Source of the DNA: an uncultured Pseudomonadales bacterium
GTDB lineage: Bacteria; Patescibacteriota; Microgenomatia; UBA1400; UBA12028
NCBI GenBank assembly: GCA_964635905.1
Contig: CAZWPK010000001.1
Span: forward strand, 4,894-68,893
DNA length: 64,000 nt
Direction: 5' to 3'
Part shown: positions 1 to 9,151 of the stretch, in pieces
Position numbering within the stretch: position 1 is the stretch's first letter
Layout: the number at the start of each line of letters is the position of its first letter
The notes under the pieces: generated by a model
Seen by the model: only the letters and a program-made list of their open reading frames with translations
Told to the model about the DNA's origin: nothing
The model's database searches: none
Made by a program: the position numbers and the translations under genes

Positions 1-2
1 TT

Positions 3-113
3 CAAGGAATGGAAGCCATTTATCAGGAGGCGGGGAAATCAATTCTTCTGACCAATCAGCAATTTTTGTATCAGAACGATGGAGTGTATTCCATTCACCA
101 AGTAGGCCTTTGA
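3..113 (+). CDS. possible 3' end of a gene entering from the left edge
   Basis: Frame 3 is open from the window edge to TGA at 111-113 (QGMEAIYQEAGKSILL...GL*); no product can be assigned. Confidence 0.35.
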   Translation, partial: QGMEAIYQEAGKSILLTNQQFLYQNDGVYSIHQVGL

Positions 114-126
114 TATACTCAAGGAT

Positions 127-297
127 ATGGCACTTAATCGAGAATGGCATCTCCAAAATAAAATGCCAAAAAATCCGACCAAAGATCAACGAATTGTTTG
201 GCATCGCAACCATGCACAACATTGTGATTGTCGAAAGATGCCAAGTTTTATCCAAGCAGAAATTGAAAAGCAAACACAAAAAGAGGAATCGTCATGA
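127..297 (+). CDS. small hypothetical protein, 56 aa (not in ORF track)
   Basis: MALNREWHLQNKMPKNPTKDQRIVWHRNHAQHCDCRKMP...; TATACT at 114-119 upstream; stop overlaps the next start (ATGA at 294-297). Confidence 0.75.
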   Translation: MALNREWHLQNKMPKNPTKDQRIVWHRNHAQHCDCRKMPSFIQAEIEKQTQKEESS

Positions 298-845
298 ACC
301 GCTATGCAATTTTACTTCGTGGGATTAATGTAGGTGGCAAAAATAAAGTACCAATGGCCAAGCTAAAAATCTTCTTGGAAGAATTGGGATGTCAGAATGT
401 TCGACCCTATATTCAAAGTGGCAATGTGATTGTGGACTCCCCAGATGGTGCAAAAAAACTAACCCAACGCATCGAAGAAGGACTCTCAACAACTTTTTCC
501 CTTGAAAGCTCGACCATCAAAACCTTAGTTCTTACTCCTGGTGCGTTATCGCAAGTGGTTGAGAATCGACCGCCACAGTTTGGTGATAAACCTGACACGT
601 ATCATAGCGACGTCATTTTTTTGATTGGAATTTCTGTGAACGATGTCAAAGAGTATTTTCATCCCAAAGAAGGGGTAGATTCGATTTGGTTTGGAGACAA
701 GGTTGTGTATTCGCAACGGCTGAGTGCAAAACGGACACAAAGCAGACTTAGTCGGATTGTTGGTAGCCCTGTGTATGCATCAATGACCATCCGGAATTGG
801 AATACGACAAGAAAGCTTCTGCAAATGATTAAAGAATCGTCGTAA
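294..845 (+). CDS. DUF1697 family protein
   Basis: Signature N-terminus YAILLRGINVGGKNKVPM, YIQSGNV, and C-terminal TIRNWNT. Confidence 0.9.
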   Translation: MNRYAILLRGINVGGKNKVPMAKLKIFLEELGCQNVRPYIQSGNVIVDSPDGAKKLTQRIEEGLSTTFSLESSTIKTLVLTPGALSQVVENRPPQFGDKPDTYHSDVIFLIGISVNDVKEYFHPKEGVDSIWFGDKVVYSQRLSAKRTQSRLSRIVGSPVYASMTIRNWNTTRKLLQMIKESS

Positions 846-853
846 AAAAAGGT

Positions 854-869
854 CGTGATGCGTCTCACT
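854..869. promoter_or_regulatory. CRP-like operator CGTGA-N6-TCACT
   Basis: Centred at -41.5 relative to the start implied by the -10 TAGTCT at 891-896. Confidence 0.5.
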
Positions 870-904
870 GACACAATCAGCCAAACTAGATAGTCTATTG
901 GCAT

Positions 905-1270
905 ATGACATTAAAAGTACTGGCTAAAATCATTTGCTGGGGGGTTGCTTTGTGGCTGGCAGGATACGTATTAGGGATTCTCTTTTTCATGATCGCTCCT
1001 CCCGGTTTGATTGGTTGGTTGATCATGCCCATCGGAGTAGTGTTAACGCTGTGGGTGATATGGACGAAGTTTCGCCAGGATCTTTCTACACAGGCAGTTT
1101 GGATCGGATTTATCTGGATGTTACTGGCAATTATTTTGGACTATTTTTTCCTTGTAAAGGTTTTTAAACCAGAAGATGGCTACTACAAGCTGGATGTGTA
1201 TCTGTACTACGGGAGTACACTTCTTCTCCCATTGATTGCCGCACGACTGCAGCAGTCACGCAACGACTAG
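905..1270 (+). CDS. hypothetical 4-TM membrane protein
   Basis: 121 aa with four hydrophobic segments. Confidence 0.75.
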   Translation: MTLKVLAKIICWGVALWLAGYVLGILFFMIAPPGLIGWLIMPIGVVLTLWVIWTKFRQDLSTQAVWIGFIWMLLAIILDYFFLVKVFKPEDGYYKLDVYLYYGSTLLLPLIAARLQQSRND

Positions 1271-2769
1271 GATGAGAGCGCAGAATCCGTGATGATACTA
1301 ACTTGCGAAAGAAGCTCGGGAGTCCATCGCGTCAAACGCTGTGAGGGGAGTAATAGTACCCGACTTGGGTTCAATTCACTCACGAATTCTTCTGTATGAC
1401 TGACGAGTAATAAAGTGCCCGTGTATGCTTTGAGTGCCTCTAAGATGACCCGCTGGCTTAACACATCTAAGTAGGTGGTTGGTTCATCTAACACTAAAAC
1501 GTTGTAGGGGTGGGTCATCAACATCGCAATGGAAAGTCTGGTTTTTTCTCCTCCTGATAAGGTGCCTACCCGTTGTTTCAGCCGTTCGGGATCAAAGAGG
1601 AAACGACGCAAGAACGTGGGAATTTTCTCAGCAGGAATCGTGTGCTCAGAAAGTAACGTCTCGAATACAGTTTGTTGGTCATCTAATGTTTGACTCTCCT
1701 GAGAGTAGTACCCTAATACTAACGCGTCACTTACAATGATCGAACCTTCATCAGGAGCAAGCGATCCAGTCAGCATTCTAATTAACGTTGTCTTTCCAAC
1801 CCCATTGGGTCCAATGAGGGCAAAACGTTCACCGCGAAGCAGTTCAAAGGATAAATCCGAAATAATGCTTCGGTTTTCAAATGACTTTGAAAGATGTGCG
1901 GCACGCAAAGGTACCTGCCCAATAGGGGAGGGATTTGGAAACTTCGCTTTAAAGGTTTTCAGTTCCGTTGGCAGTTCCGGTAATTTATCTTTTAAGCGTT
2001 CGATTTTTCGTTCTTGCATCACGCGTTGATGGACACCTTTTTTTGAGGTGAATTTTCGTAAATTGACAAGTCCTTTTTCCATACGGGTAATGTGCTTCTG
2101 TTCATTGAGTACTTTGCGCGTCAGGAGCCGGTCTTTTTGAGATTTCAACTTCACGAAAGCGGAATAGTTTCCCGTATAGGCTTCGATGGTATGAGAATGA
2201 GGATCTAAGAACAACACTTGTTGGATGTGGCGGTCTAAGAGCTGCAAGTCATGCGAGACAACAAGGACTGTGAATGGGTAGTTTGCAAGAAATTGCATGA
2301 CCCATTGTTTCCCAGCCGTATCCAGAAAGTTCGTGGGCTCATCTAATAGTAAAATATCGGGTTGAAGTAAGAACGCTCGTACTAAAGCAAGTTTTGTTTT
2401 TTGTCCTCCACTTAAATCCGCGAGTGCTCCATATTTTTGCTGCCAGTCGAATTCTAATCCGGACATAATGGTCTGAATGGTATGGCGGGGATGCAAACTT
2501 TGTGGGTCAACATACGCATAGATGGATTCGGCGGCAGAGAGTGCAGGATCATACTTTACTTCTTGTGGGACCATAGACAGCGAACCGTCAATTTGGAGTG
2601 TTCCATCGGAAGGGAATTCTTGCTTGCACAGCAGTTTAAAAAGTGTTGATTTTCCAGCCCCATTTGGGCCTACGATGCCGACTTTGGAGTTTCTGCCAAT
2701 GGAAAAACTGACCTCGTCAAAAATAGGACCATACCCATAGGAAAAATTGAGGTTACTCGCGCGAATCAT
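1267..2769 (-). CDS. ABC-F family ATPase (two NBDs, no TM domain)
   Basis: GPNGAGKS and GPNGVGKT Walker A motifs, LSGGQ/LSGGE signatures, LLDEPT twice, YTGNYS linker; start taken at MIRASNL. Confidence 0.9.
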   Translation of the reverse strand: MIRASNLNFSYGYGPIFDEVSFSIGRNSKVGIVGPNGAGKSTLFKLLCKQEFPSDGTLQIDGSLSMVPQEVKYDPALSAAESIYAYVDPQSLHPRHTIQTIMSGLEFDWQQKYGALADLSGGQKTKLALVRAFLLQPDILLLDEPTNFLDTAGKQWVMQFLANYPFTVLVVSHDLQLLDRHIQQVLFLDPHSHTIEAYTGNYSAFVKLKSQKDRLLTRKVLNEQKHITRMEKGLVNLRKFTSKKGVHQRVMQERKIERLKDKLPELPTELKTFKAKFPNPSPIGQVPLRAAHLSKSFENRSIISDLSFELLRGERFALIGPNGVGKTTLIRMLTGSLAPDEGSIIVSDALVLGYYSQESQTLDDQQTVFETLLSEHTIPAEKIPTFLRRFLFDPERLKQRVGTLSGGEKTRLSIAMLMTHPYNVLVLDEPTTYLDVLSQRVILEALKAYTGTLLLVSHTEEFVSELNPSRVLLLPSQRLTRWTPELLSQVSIITDSALSS

Positions 2770-2828
2770 AGGGTGTATTCTCTCACAGATTGTAGAGGAA
2801 CAGGATGAACCGATATACTGATTGGACG

Positions 2829-3154
2829 ATGGCATCTGTTTGGGGTGACTTCCTCCTCTGTTTACATTTACTGGCAATTTTGTTCTTTTTTCTGCTGGGA
2901 TGGATTCTCCCTTGGGAGATCATGGTTGTGCTTGGTATTGTCCATCAGCTTCATTTACGCGCTTTCCATGGCTGTATCCTCACAAATTATGAGAAGCGAG
3001 TGCATGCAATTCCACGACGAATGGAGTTCTTTGAGTATGTGGTGCAACGTTTCTTTCAAAAAAAATATCTAAGAAGCAAGGGGAGTGGATCAGTATGCTC
3101 ATTTTTTTGGCAGCCCTCTGTGTGTCGGTAATTCGAACCAGTGGGATTCTGTAA
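2829..3154 (+). CDS. DUF2784-like membrane protein, probably frameshifted at an A8 run
   Basis: Hydrophobic N-terminus with H..GCILTNYEKR; the 0 frame stops at 3131, while the -1 frame after A8 (3058-3065) adds a TM helix ending at 3154. Confidence 0.5.
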
Positions 3155-3206
3155 TCTGCCAGCACTGTGACAACTCCTCCAACTAGTTGAGGGATATCTG
3201 AAACGA

Positions 3207-4001
3207 TTACTCAATCCACTCTTGGGCAGGAACGGATAAGTCGATTCCAATAAAGGACGCGCCCGAAGGATCCGCAATCATAACGATCGTACCCTGAGGT
3301 ACCTCTTTCGTCATATGTACCTTCCCTCCAAGTTGGGCGACTTTATCAATGGTTGCGGCTGCATCCTCAATTGTAAAATAGACCATCCACATGGGAGGCA
3401 TCGGAGCCATTTCTTCAGTAATCTGCATGATGCCACCGTTTGGTCGCCCATTATTGGAGATGACCATGTAGTCGCTGCTTTCCACTGACGGAGCAAATGT
3501 CCACCCGAAAAGCGTGGTATAAAAATTCATCGCAACTGTTACATCGGAAGTGTACAGTTCGTTCCAGCTCATCGCCCCTACGGTATTCACCAAACCCGCG
3601 CCAATGTGTTTTCCTGGTTGCCAGAGAAAGAGTCGCGCCCCGGTTGGATCTTGAATCCCAGCCATGCGTCCAGAGTCGAGCACATCCATTGCCGGTAGAG
3701 TAATTGTAGCCCCTGCAGACTGTGCCTGTTGAATCTTTGCTTCAAGGTTATCGACCGAGACGAAACTGCTCCACATCGACGGCATTTGTTCCATACCTGG
3801 TGCCATCGCACTTGCACCCGCGACATACTTTCCGTGTAAGGAGAACATGGTATAGTCCATCCCTGGTTGTCCGGTTGGCATATCTTCTGCAGTCCAACCC
3901 AGTAATGACGTCATGAAGGTCTTCGTTGCCGCAACATCATGCGAGGCGACGTCCGCCCACGAGAATGTTCCTTGGGGGTACTTTGTAACGGTAAATGGCA
4001 T
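3207..4001 (-). CDS. VOC/glyoxalase family protein with two VOC domains (CFP32-like)
   Basis: PQGTFSWAD, GRMAGIQDPTGA, GAMSWNELYT, WMVYF motifs. Confidence 0.9.
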   Translation of the reverse strand: MPFTVTKYPQGTFSWADVASHDVAATKTFMTSLLGWTAEDMPTGQPGMDYTMFSLHGKYVAGASAMAPGMEQMPSMWSSFVSVDNLEAKIQQAQSAGATITLPAMDVLDSGRMAGIQDPTGARLFLWQPGKHIGAGLVNTVGAMSWNELYTSDVTVAMNFYTTLFGWTFAPSVESSDYMVISNNGRPNGGIMQITEEMAPMPPMWMVYFTIEDAAATIDKVAQLGGKVHMTKEVPQGTIVMIADPSGASFIGIDLSVPAQEWIE

Positions 4002-4015
4002 ATTACTCCTTCTAA

Positions 4016-4031
4016 AGTGATCTATATCACA
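4016..4031. promoter_or_regulatory. CRP-like operator AGTGA-N6-TCACA
   Basis: One mismatch to TGTGA-N6-TCACA, in the divergent VOC/MFS intergenic region. Confidence 0.5.
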
Positions 4032-4074
4032 GTATACTAGGCGGTATTCCCGTTGCCTATTACTAAAGTTTTCT

Positions 4075-5367
4075 ATGCGAGTCTTTTATCAATTATTAGC
4101 GAATACATTGATTAGTTCTATTACGACCTCAACAGTCTGGTTTGCGGTGATTTTCTATCTGTACTTGCAAACACAATCGGTGTTGTCGACCTCGATTTTA
4201 TCGGGTGTGTATTTAGTCTGTGTCGCTCTCACGGGTATTTGGTTTGGAAGCATTGTGGATCATCAGAAGAAAAAGACTGCGATGCTGTTATCCAACGGCC
4301 TTTCGCTGTTTTTTTTCTCGATCGTGTTTGTTCTGTACATCACTGCACCATCTGGTACGTTTACCTCGCTTTCAAATCCTTTAGTCTGGTTCTTTATTCC
4401 TCTTACCTTATTTGGAGTGATTGCAGGAAATATCCGAATGATCGCACTACCAACTGTAGTCACGTTACTCATTCCGGAAAAGCAGCGGGACAAGGCGAAT
4501 GGATTAGTGGGTACAGTCTCCGGTGTCGGGTTTTTAGTCACCTCGGTGATCAGTGGATTTTTAGTTGGGCATTCAGGGATGTATTGGGTGCTCCTGCTTG
4601 CGATCGGAAGCATTCTTGCCTCCACCATTCATTTGTTGTCGATCTCGATCCCGGAAAAAAAGATCGTCGCAACCCATGAACATCCAAAAAAAATCGATTT
4701 AAGAGGAACGATTCGCATTATTTCTTCCATTCCAGGCTTACTACCTTTGATTTTCTTTACAATGTTTAACAACTTTCTTGGCGGTGTCTTTATGGCACTC
4801 ATGGATGCGTATGGATTGTCGCTCGTGTCCGTTCAAGTGTGGGGATTATTGTGGGGAGGATTGAGCTGTGCGTTTATTCTAGGTGGAATCATTATTGCCA
4901 AATACGGGTTAGGCAAAAATCCTCTCTGGGCATTGTTTCGTTCGAATTTCATTATTTGGGGGATTTGTTGTTTCTTTACCGCGCAACCGTCCATCCTACT
5001 CTTAGCGGCTGGTGCATTTGTTTACCTTACCGTTGTTCCGTATATTGAAGCTGCAGAACACACCATTATTCAAAAAGTGGTCCCAGCACAACGACAGGGG
5101 AGGGTATTTGGGTTTGCGCAGAGTATCGAACAATGCGCTTCACCCATTACTGCTTTTGCGATTGGGCCAATTGCTCAATTTTATTTCATTCCTTTTATGA
5201 CAACAGGGCTGGGTGCGAGTGCAATTGGAAGCTGGTTTGGCACAGGGCCTAACCGAGGAATTGCGCTAGTATTCACGTTGGCAGGGATCATCGGTCTGTT
5301 GATGACATTTGCCGCAAAACAGTCACCCTATTATCGACAGCTCTCAAAGTATTATCAAACGGAATAA
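4075..5367 (+). CDS. MFS transporter (DHA3-like)
   Basis: About 12 TM segments; GSIVDHQKKK motif A; QRQGRVFG. Confidence 0.9.
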   Translation: MRVFYQLLANTLISSITTSTVWFAVIFYLYLQTQSVLSTSILSGVYLVCVALTGIWFGSIVDHQKKKTAMLLSNGLSLFFFSIVFVLYITAPSGTFTSLSNPLVWFFIPLTLFGVIAGNIRMIALPTVVTLLIPEKQRDKANGLVGTVSGVGFLVTSVISGFLVGHSGMYWVLLLAIGSILASTIHLLSISIPEKKIVATHEHPKKIDLRGTIRIISSIPGLLPLIFFTMFNNFLGGVFMALMDAYGLSLVSVQVWGLLWGGLSCAFILGGIIIAKYGLGKNPLWALFRSNFIIWGICCFFTAQPSILLLAAGAFVYLTVVPYIEAAEHTIIQKVVPAQRQGRVFGFAQSIEQCASPITAFAIGPIAQFYFIPFMTTGLGASAIGSWFGTGPNRGIALVFTLAGIIGLLMTFAAKQSPYYRQLSKYYQTE

Positions 5368-5399
5368 TCTTTAAATAGTTATTCTAGGAAAGGACACCT

Positions 5400-5759
5400 A
5401 TGCTACAGTCTGTTTCACTCATGATCGGATCCAATAAGCCCGATCAGTTAGCGGCATTTTATGAAAAGGTATTGGGCAAACCTGCAGATTATGCAGATAA
5501 AGGTTGGTTTGGTTTCCAGATTGGCTCAACTTTTGTCTCGATAGGGGAGCATTCTGAGGTAAAAGAGAGTGCACTAGAACCGCAACGCATCATGTTTAAC
5601 TTTGAAACCGCAGATGTTTCAGCCGAGTTTGAACGGATCAAAGCTTTAGGTGCCACCGTTATCAAAGAACCCTACGAGATGGAAGGTGGGATGATTGCCA
5701 CCTTTGCAGACGTGGATGGAAACTATTTTCAACTCATGTTACCCTGGAAGTCGATGTAG
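5400..5759 (+). CDS. VOC/glyoxalase family protein
   Basis: AAFYEKVLG ... ATFADVDGNYFQL; SD AAGGA upstream. Confidence 0.85.
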   Translation: MLQSVSLMIGSNKPDQLAAFYEKVLGKPADYADKGWFGFQIGSTFVSIGEHSEVKESALEPQRIMFNFETADVSAEFERIKALGATVIKEPYEMEGGMIATFADVDGNYFQLMLPWKSM

Positions 5760-5775
5760 TGGCGACAGCTATTGT

Positions 5776-6600
5776 TTACAAAAAGAATAGATTTTTAGCG
5801 GCCATCCACAGAATTCTAGCTTTGGATGGCTTGATTTTCTTTCGATAGACGATAAAAGGATCTCTAGCAATCGCGTTAGCCGTCCACTTATAGAGATCGG
5901 AGGCCGTTTTAATCGGAACTAAATACTTTTTAGGCAGATACTGGAAACCCTTTTCAGCCTGTTTCTGCCAACGTGCATAGCGTTGCAATTGAAACGCCAT
6001 AAATGTATTAAAACTGTCAGGTTTTTGGCTAGTTTCGTCATAACTTAAGTTTGATAATCCAAATTTCTCTAAATCCTGTCGTGGAAAATATTGACGACCT
6101 AGCTCCACATCCTCTTGCACATCACGAATAAAGTTTAGAAACTGAAAACTTGTTCCAAGCATCTGTGCTGTGGCGTATGCTTCTTTTGGGAGATTTAAAA
6201 TTTTGGCAACGAATAATCCAATGACATCTGCGGATCCATAAATATAGCGCTGTGTATCCACAATTGTGGCGTATTGTTTGATCGAGAGATCGTGTTCCAT
6301 CGCTGACAAAAAGCTCTCGGTCCATTCCTCTGGGAACTGTTTTTCCTTTGCAAGCGTGACAAAGGCTTTAATCACCGGGTCACTCACGGGTTTTCCTTTG
6401 AGCGCCGCTCGATAGCTAGCAACAAATGCGTGAAAACCTTTTTTATCTTGGGGAATTTGATCCACTAAATCATCTGCTTTTCGGACGAATCCGTACAGAA
6501 TCGTAATTTCTTCCCGGGTAGATTTTGGAAAAAAGATACTGCTCGTGAAGAATGTTTTGCTTCCTTTTTTAAAGAGGTGAGCACTTTCAATAGGAACCAT
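5776..6600 (-). CDS. crtB: phytoene synthase
   Basis: GSKTFFTSS, LYGFVRKADDLVD, NFIRDVQEDVELGRQYFP; start at MVPIESA overlaps the crtI stop. Confidence 0.9.
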   Translation of the reverse strand: MVPIESAHLFKKGSKTFFTSSIFFPKSTREEITILYGFVRKADDLVDQIPQDKKGFHAFVASYRAALKGKPVSDPVIKAFVTLAKEKQFPEEWTESFLSAMEHDLSIKQYATIVDTQRYIYGSADVIGLFVAKILNLPKEAYATAQMLGTSFQFLNFIRDVQEDVELGRQYFPRQDLEKFGLSNLSYDETSQKPDSFNTFMAFQLQRYARWQKQAEKGFQYLPKKYLVPIKTASDLYKWTANAIARDPFIVYRKKIKPSKARILWMAAKNLFFL

Positions 6601-8074
6601 AGAGTCGTTGTATTTCCTTACTAACAATACGTCCCGAAAGTAAACAAATGGGAACACCAATTCCAGGAATTGTTGACTGACCGGTATAGAAAAGATTTGA
6701 CACTTTCTTACTTTGGAATTGTGGCCGAAACATGGCTGTTTGTTTGAAGGTGTGGGCGATCCCATACGCGTTACCCTTGTGCGCATGAAAGTCCGATATA
6801 AACTCCGAAATTCCATACAACTTTTTAACCACGATATGGCTGTGAATAGTGGTGTGAAGTTGGTCTTCAAGATCTGCAATGATACTGTTCGATAGTTGTT
6901 CTCTTTTTTTTATGGAATCTGGCAAACCAGCACTGAGAGGAATCAAGATGGTGAGCGTTTCATGTCCTTTCGGGGCGACCGTTGGATCTGTTTTCGATGG
7001 ACAGGACACATAGTAAAGTGGTTTCTTGGGCCAGCTTGGTGTGTCGTTAAGCTCTTTTAACCCTTGATCCCAATCATTGTGAAAAAAGAGTGTGTGATGA
7101 AGCAATCCCGGAATCTTTTTCCGGATACCCAAGTGCACTAACAATGCGGAAGGAGCTAAGGTGAGCGTATCCCAATACCTACTGGAGTAGGATTGGGACT
7201 TTTTGGGAAGTAATGTTGTTTCGGTATGCATGTAGTCGCCGCTTGAAACTAACACGTCTAGAGGGAAACGTCGTCCATCGGTGGAGTGGACAGCAGATAC
7301 TTGGTTATCTCTAAGTGTTACGGATTGAACTTCGCAATTACAATGGATGGTCACACCCAATTCTTTTGCAAGTCGAACAATACCGTCAATAACGGCACGA
7401 AACCCTGTGTGGGGATACCAAGTTCCTAGGTTTAAATCGACATGATTCATTAAACTATAGACGGCAGGTACGTCCTTTGGAGATCCTGCTAAAAAGAATA
7501 AGGGAAACTCCAGAAGTTTACGAATCTTTAGCGATGAAAATTGTCGTGAATAAAAACGGTGCGCGGATTGGAAGCCATTATAATTTTGTAGAAGTTTTAT
7601 GCCTGCATGAATGAGGGTAGGATTGAGGAGATCCTTAAGGGAACGGAACGGGTAGGGAACAAAATAACGCATCGCGAGATCATAGGTGCGTTGCGTCTTT
7701 TGTAGTAATCGTGTTAGCTTCTCCCCAGCGCCCATTTCAAGCATCTCAAAGAGGGCAATTTGATCGGATCTCTTGGTTGGTAGATCAATCGCTGCATCGT
7801 TAAACACAACCCGATAGGAGGGTGAAAGACGCTGGAGGGTATAGAACTCTGCTACTGATTTTCCAAAGTCAGAGAAGAATTGCTCAAAAATCTCTGGCAT
7901 CCAATACCAGCTTGGTCCAAAGTCAAAAGAGAAGCCTTTCTCCTTCACGGTATGTGCGCGACCACCAACCCAAGCATTCTTTTCTAGGATCGTCACTTTA
8001 TAACCTGCTTTGGCTAAGTAGCAGGCTGTCGCCAATCCAGAAAATCCAGCCCCAATAATAACAATCTCTTTCAT
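6587..8074 (-). CDS. crtI: phytoene desaturase (CrtI family)
   Basis: IIGAGFSGL FAD motif, FDFGPSWYWMP, GNAYGIAHTFKQT, PGIGVPICLLSG. Confidence 0.92.
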   Translation of the reverse strand: MKEIVIIGAGFSGLATACYLAKAGYKVTILEKNAWVGGRAHTVKEKGFSFDFGPSWYWMPEIFEQFFSDFGKSVAEFYTLQRLSPSYRVVFNDAAIDLPTKRSDQIALFEMLEMGAGEKLTRLLQKTQRTYDLAMRYFVPYPFRSLKDLLNPTLIHAGIKLLQNYNGFQSAHRFYSRQFSSLKIRKLLEFPLFFLAGSPKDVPAVYSLMNHVDLNLGTWYPHTGFRAVIDGIVRLAKELGVTIHCNCEVQSVTLRDNQVSAVHSTDGRRFPLDVLVSSGDYMHTETTLLPKKSQSYSSRYWDTLTLAPSALLVHLGIRKKIPGLLHHTLFFHNDWDQGLKELNDTPSWPKKPLYYVSCPSKTDPTVAPKGHETLTILIPLSAGLPDSIKKREQLSNSIIADLEDQLHTTIHSHIVVKKLYGISEFISDFHAHKGNAYGIAHTFKQTAMFRPQFQSKKVSNLFYTGQSTIPGIGVPICLLSGRIVSKEIQRLYGSY

Positions 8075-8367
8075 AGACTTTTTTTCTTTCCTCGTTCAAA
8101 GAGAACGAGGTTGAGGGTGATCATGGAAAAGCCAAAGAGATAGTTTTCGATTGGCACAAAAAGCACACGAATTCCCAGAATAATTTCAGGGTTAAAAAAC
8201 ACATATGGTCTACCGGATATGACATTATCAACGACGGATGCCAAGAGTATCACGACTCCATGCAGTACCCAGAACGTTTTCCGTTTGACGAGCTTTGTTT
8301 GACACCATTGATCCAGTAATAGAACAACAGTTACTGCCAGAATAGAGATAAGGAGATATTCTTTCAT
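8071..8367 (-). CDS. lycopene cyclase domain protein (heterodimeric cyclase subunit, CrtYd-like)
   Basis: DN..., GIRVLFVPIENYLFGF motif; 3 TM segments; coupled to crtI. Confidence 0.8.
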   Translation of the reverse strand: MKEYLLISILAVTVVLLLDQWCQTKLVKRKTFWVLHGVVILLASVVDNVISGRPYVFFNPEIILGIRVLFVPIENYLFGFSMITLNLVLFERGKKKSL

Positions 8368-8726
8368 GATACGGTTTTAAAATGATGTGTTAGTGCGTCG
8401 ATGAGTTCACGTTTGGTCGGATAGACATTGAGTATTCCCCAGATCAACAAACACGCTTGCGGAATGAGGAAAAAGAATAAATATTCTTCCAAGGGGAGTC
8501 CTAAAAAGGAAATACCTGAAAGATAGACAGGGTTAAACGACCAGTGCGCACGCTCTACGGCAAGAATGTCCCAACCAATAAAGGGGATTGCGGCAAGAAA
8601 AATGGTCGGTTGAAACAGTCGTAATCCCGATTTTTTTCGAAATTTTGTATGAATCACTACGAATAAAAACGGCACGATCCAACTAGTAGTGACAAGTGTA
8701 GCGTATTCTAGATGAGAAGGAATCAT
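8364..8726 (-). CDS. lycopene cyclase domain protein (heterodimeric cyclase subunit, CrtYc-like)
   Basis: PFIGWDILA...WSFN...GLPLEEYLFFFLIP motif. Confidence 0.85.
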   Translation of the reverse strand: MIPSHLEYATLVTTSWIVPFLFVVIHTKFRKKSGLRLFQPTIFLAAIPFIGWDILAVERAHWSFNPVYLSGISFLGLPLEEYLFFFLIPQACLLIWGILNVYPTKRELIDALTHHFKTVS

Positions 8727-8794
8727 AAAAGTATTTAAGTTATTTTAATAAATTAATCGTTAAAAGTCACCTTAAGTACGCTAGAATGCATACC

Positions 8795-9106
8795 ATGGAA
8801 TTCAAAGATCGAGTCTATGCCTGTATTCGAGAAATCCCTCCAGGAAAAGTTGCAACTTACAAACAGGTGGCAACGTTAGTGGGTAGTCCCAATGCCGCAC
8901 GAGCTGTTGGTTTCTGCATGAAAACAAACCCAGATGCACCACGTACACCATGCCATCGTGTCGTTGCTTCGGATGGAAGTTTAACCGGCTATTCAGCAGG
9001 GAATGGCATTACCACAAAAAAACAGATGTTGCTGTTAGAAGGTGTTCTCTTTAAACGAGAAAAAGTTGATTTGTCCCAGTCATTATGGCAGCCCCAAGAA
9101 AGATAA
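8795..9106 (+). CDS. MGMT family O6-alkylguanine-DNA alkyltransferase (DNA-binding domain only)
   Basis: IPPGKVATY, ARAVG, PCHRVV active-site motif. Confidence 0.9.
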   Translation: MEFKDRVYACIREIPPGKVATYKQVATLVGSPNAARAVGFCMKTNPDAPRTPCHRVVASDGSLTGYSAGNGITTKKQMLLLEGVLFKREKVDLSQSLWQPQER

Positions 9107-9151
9107 AAGCCATTGGAGTTGGAATGTCGATGTGGATGACAAACGCTACTC

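Noticed and set aside
1267-2769. ABC-F as an antibiotic-resistance (ARE) factor
   Set aside because: No obviously extended interdomain linker or leader peptide; the subfamily cannot be assigned by eye
6601-6879. N-terminal extension of crtB in the ORF track
   Set aside because: It overlaps crtI by about 290 nt; the CrtB-like sequence starts at MVPIESA (6600)
8727-8785. AT-rich crt upstream region as a CarH/LitR operator
   Set aside because: No convincing phased repeat, and no such regulator in the window
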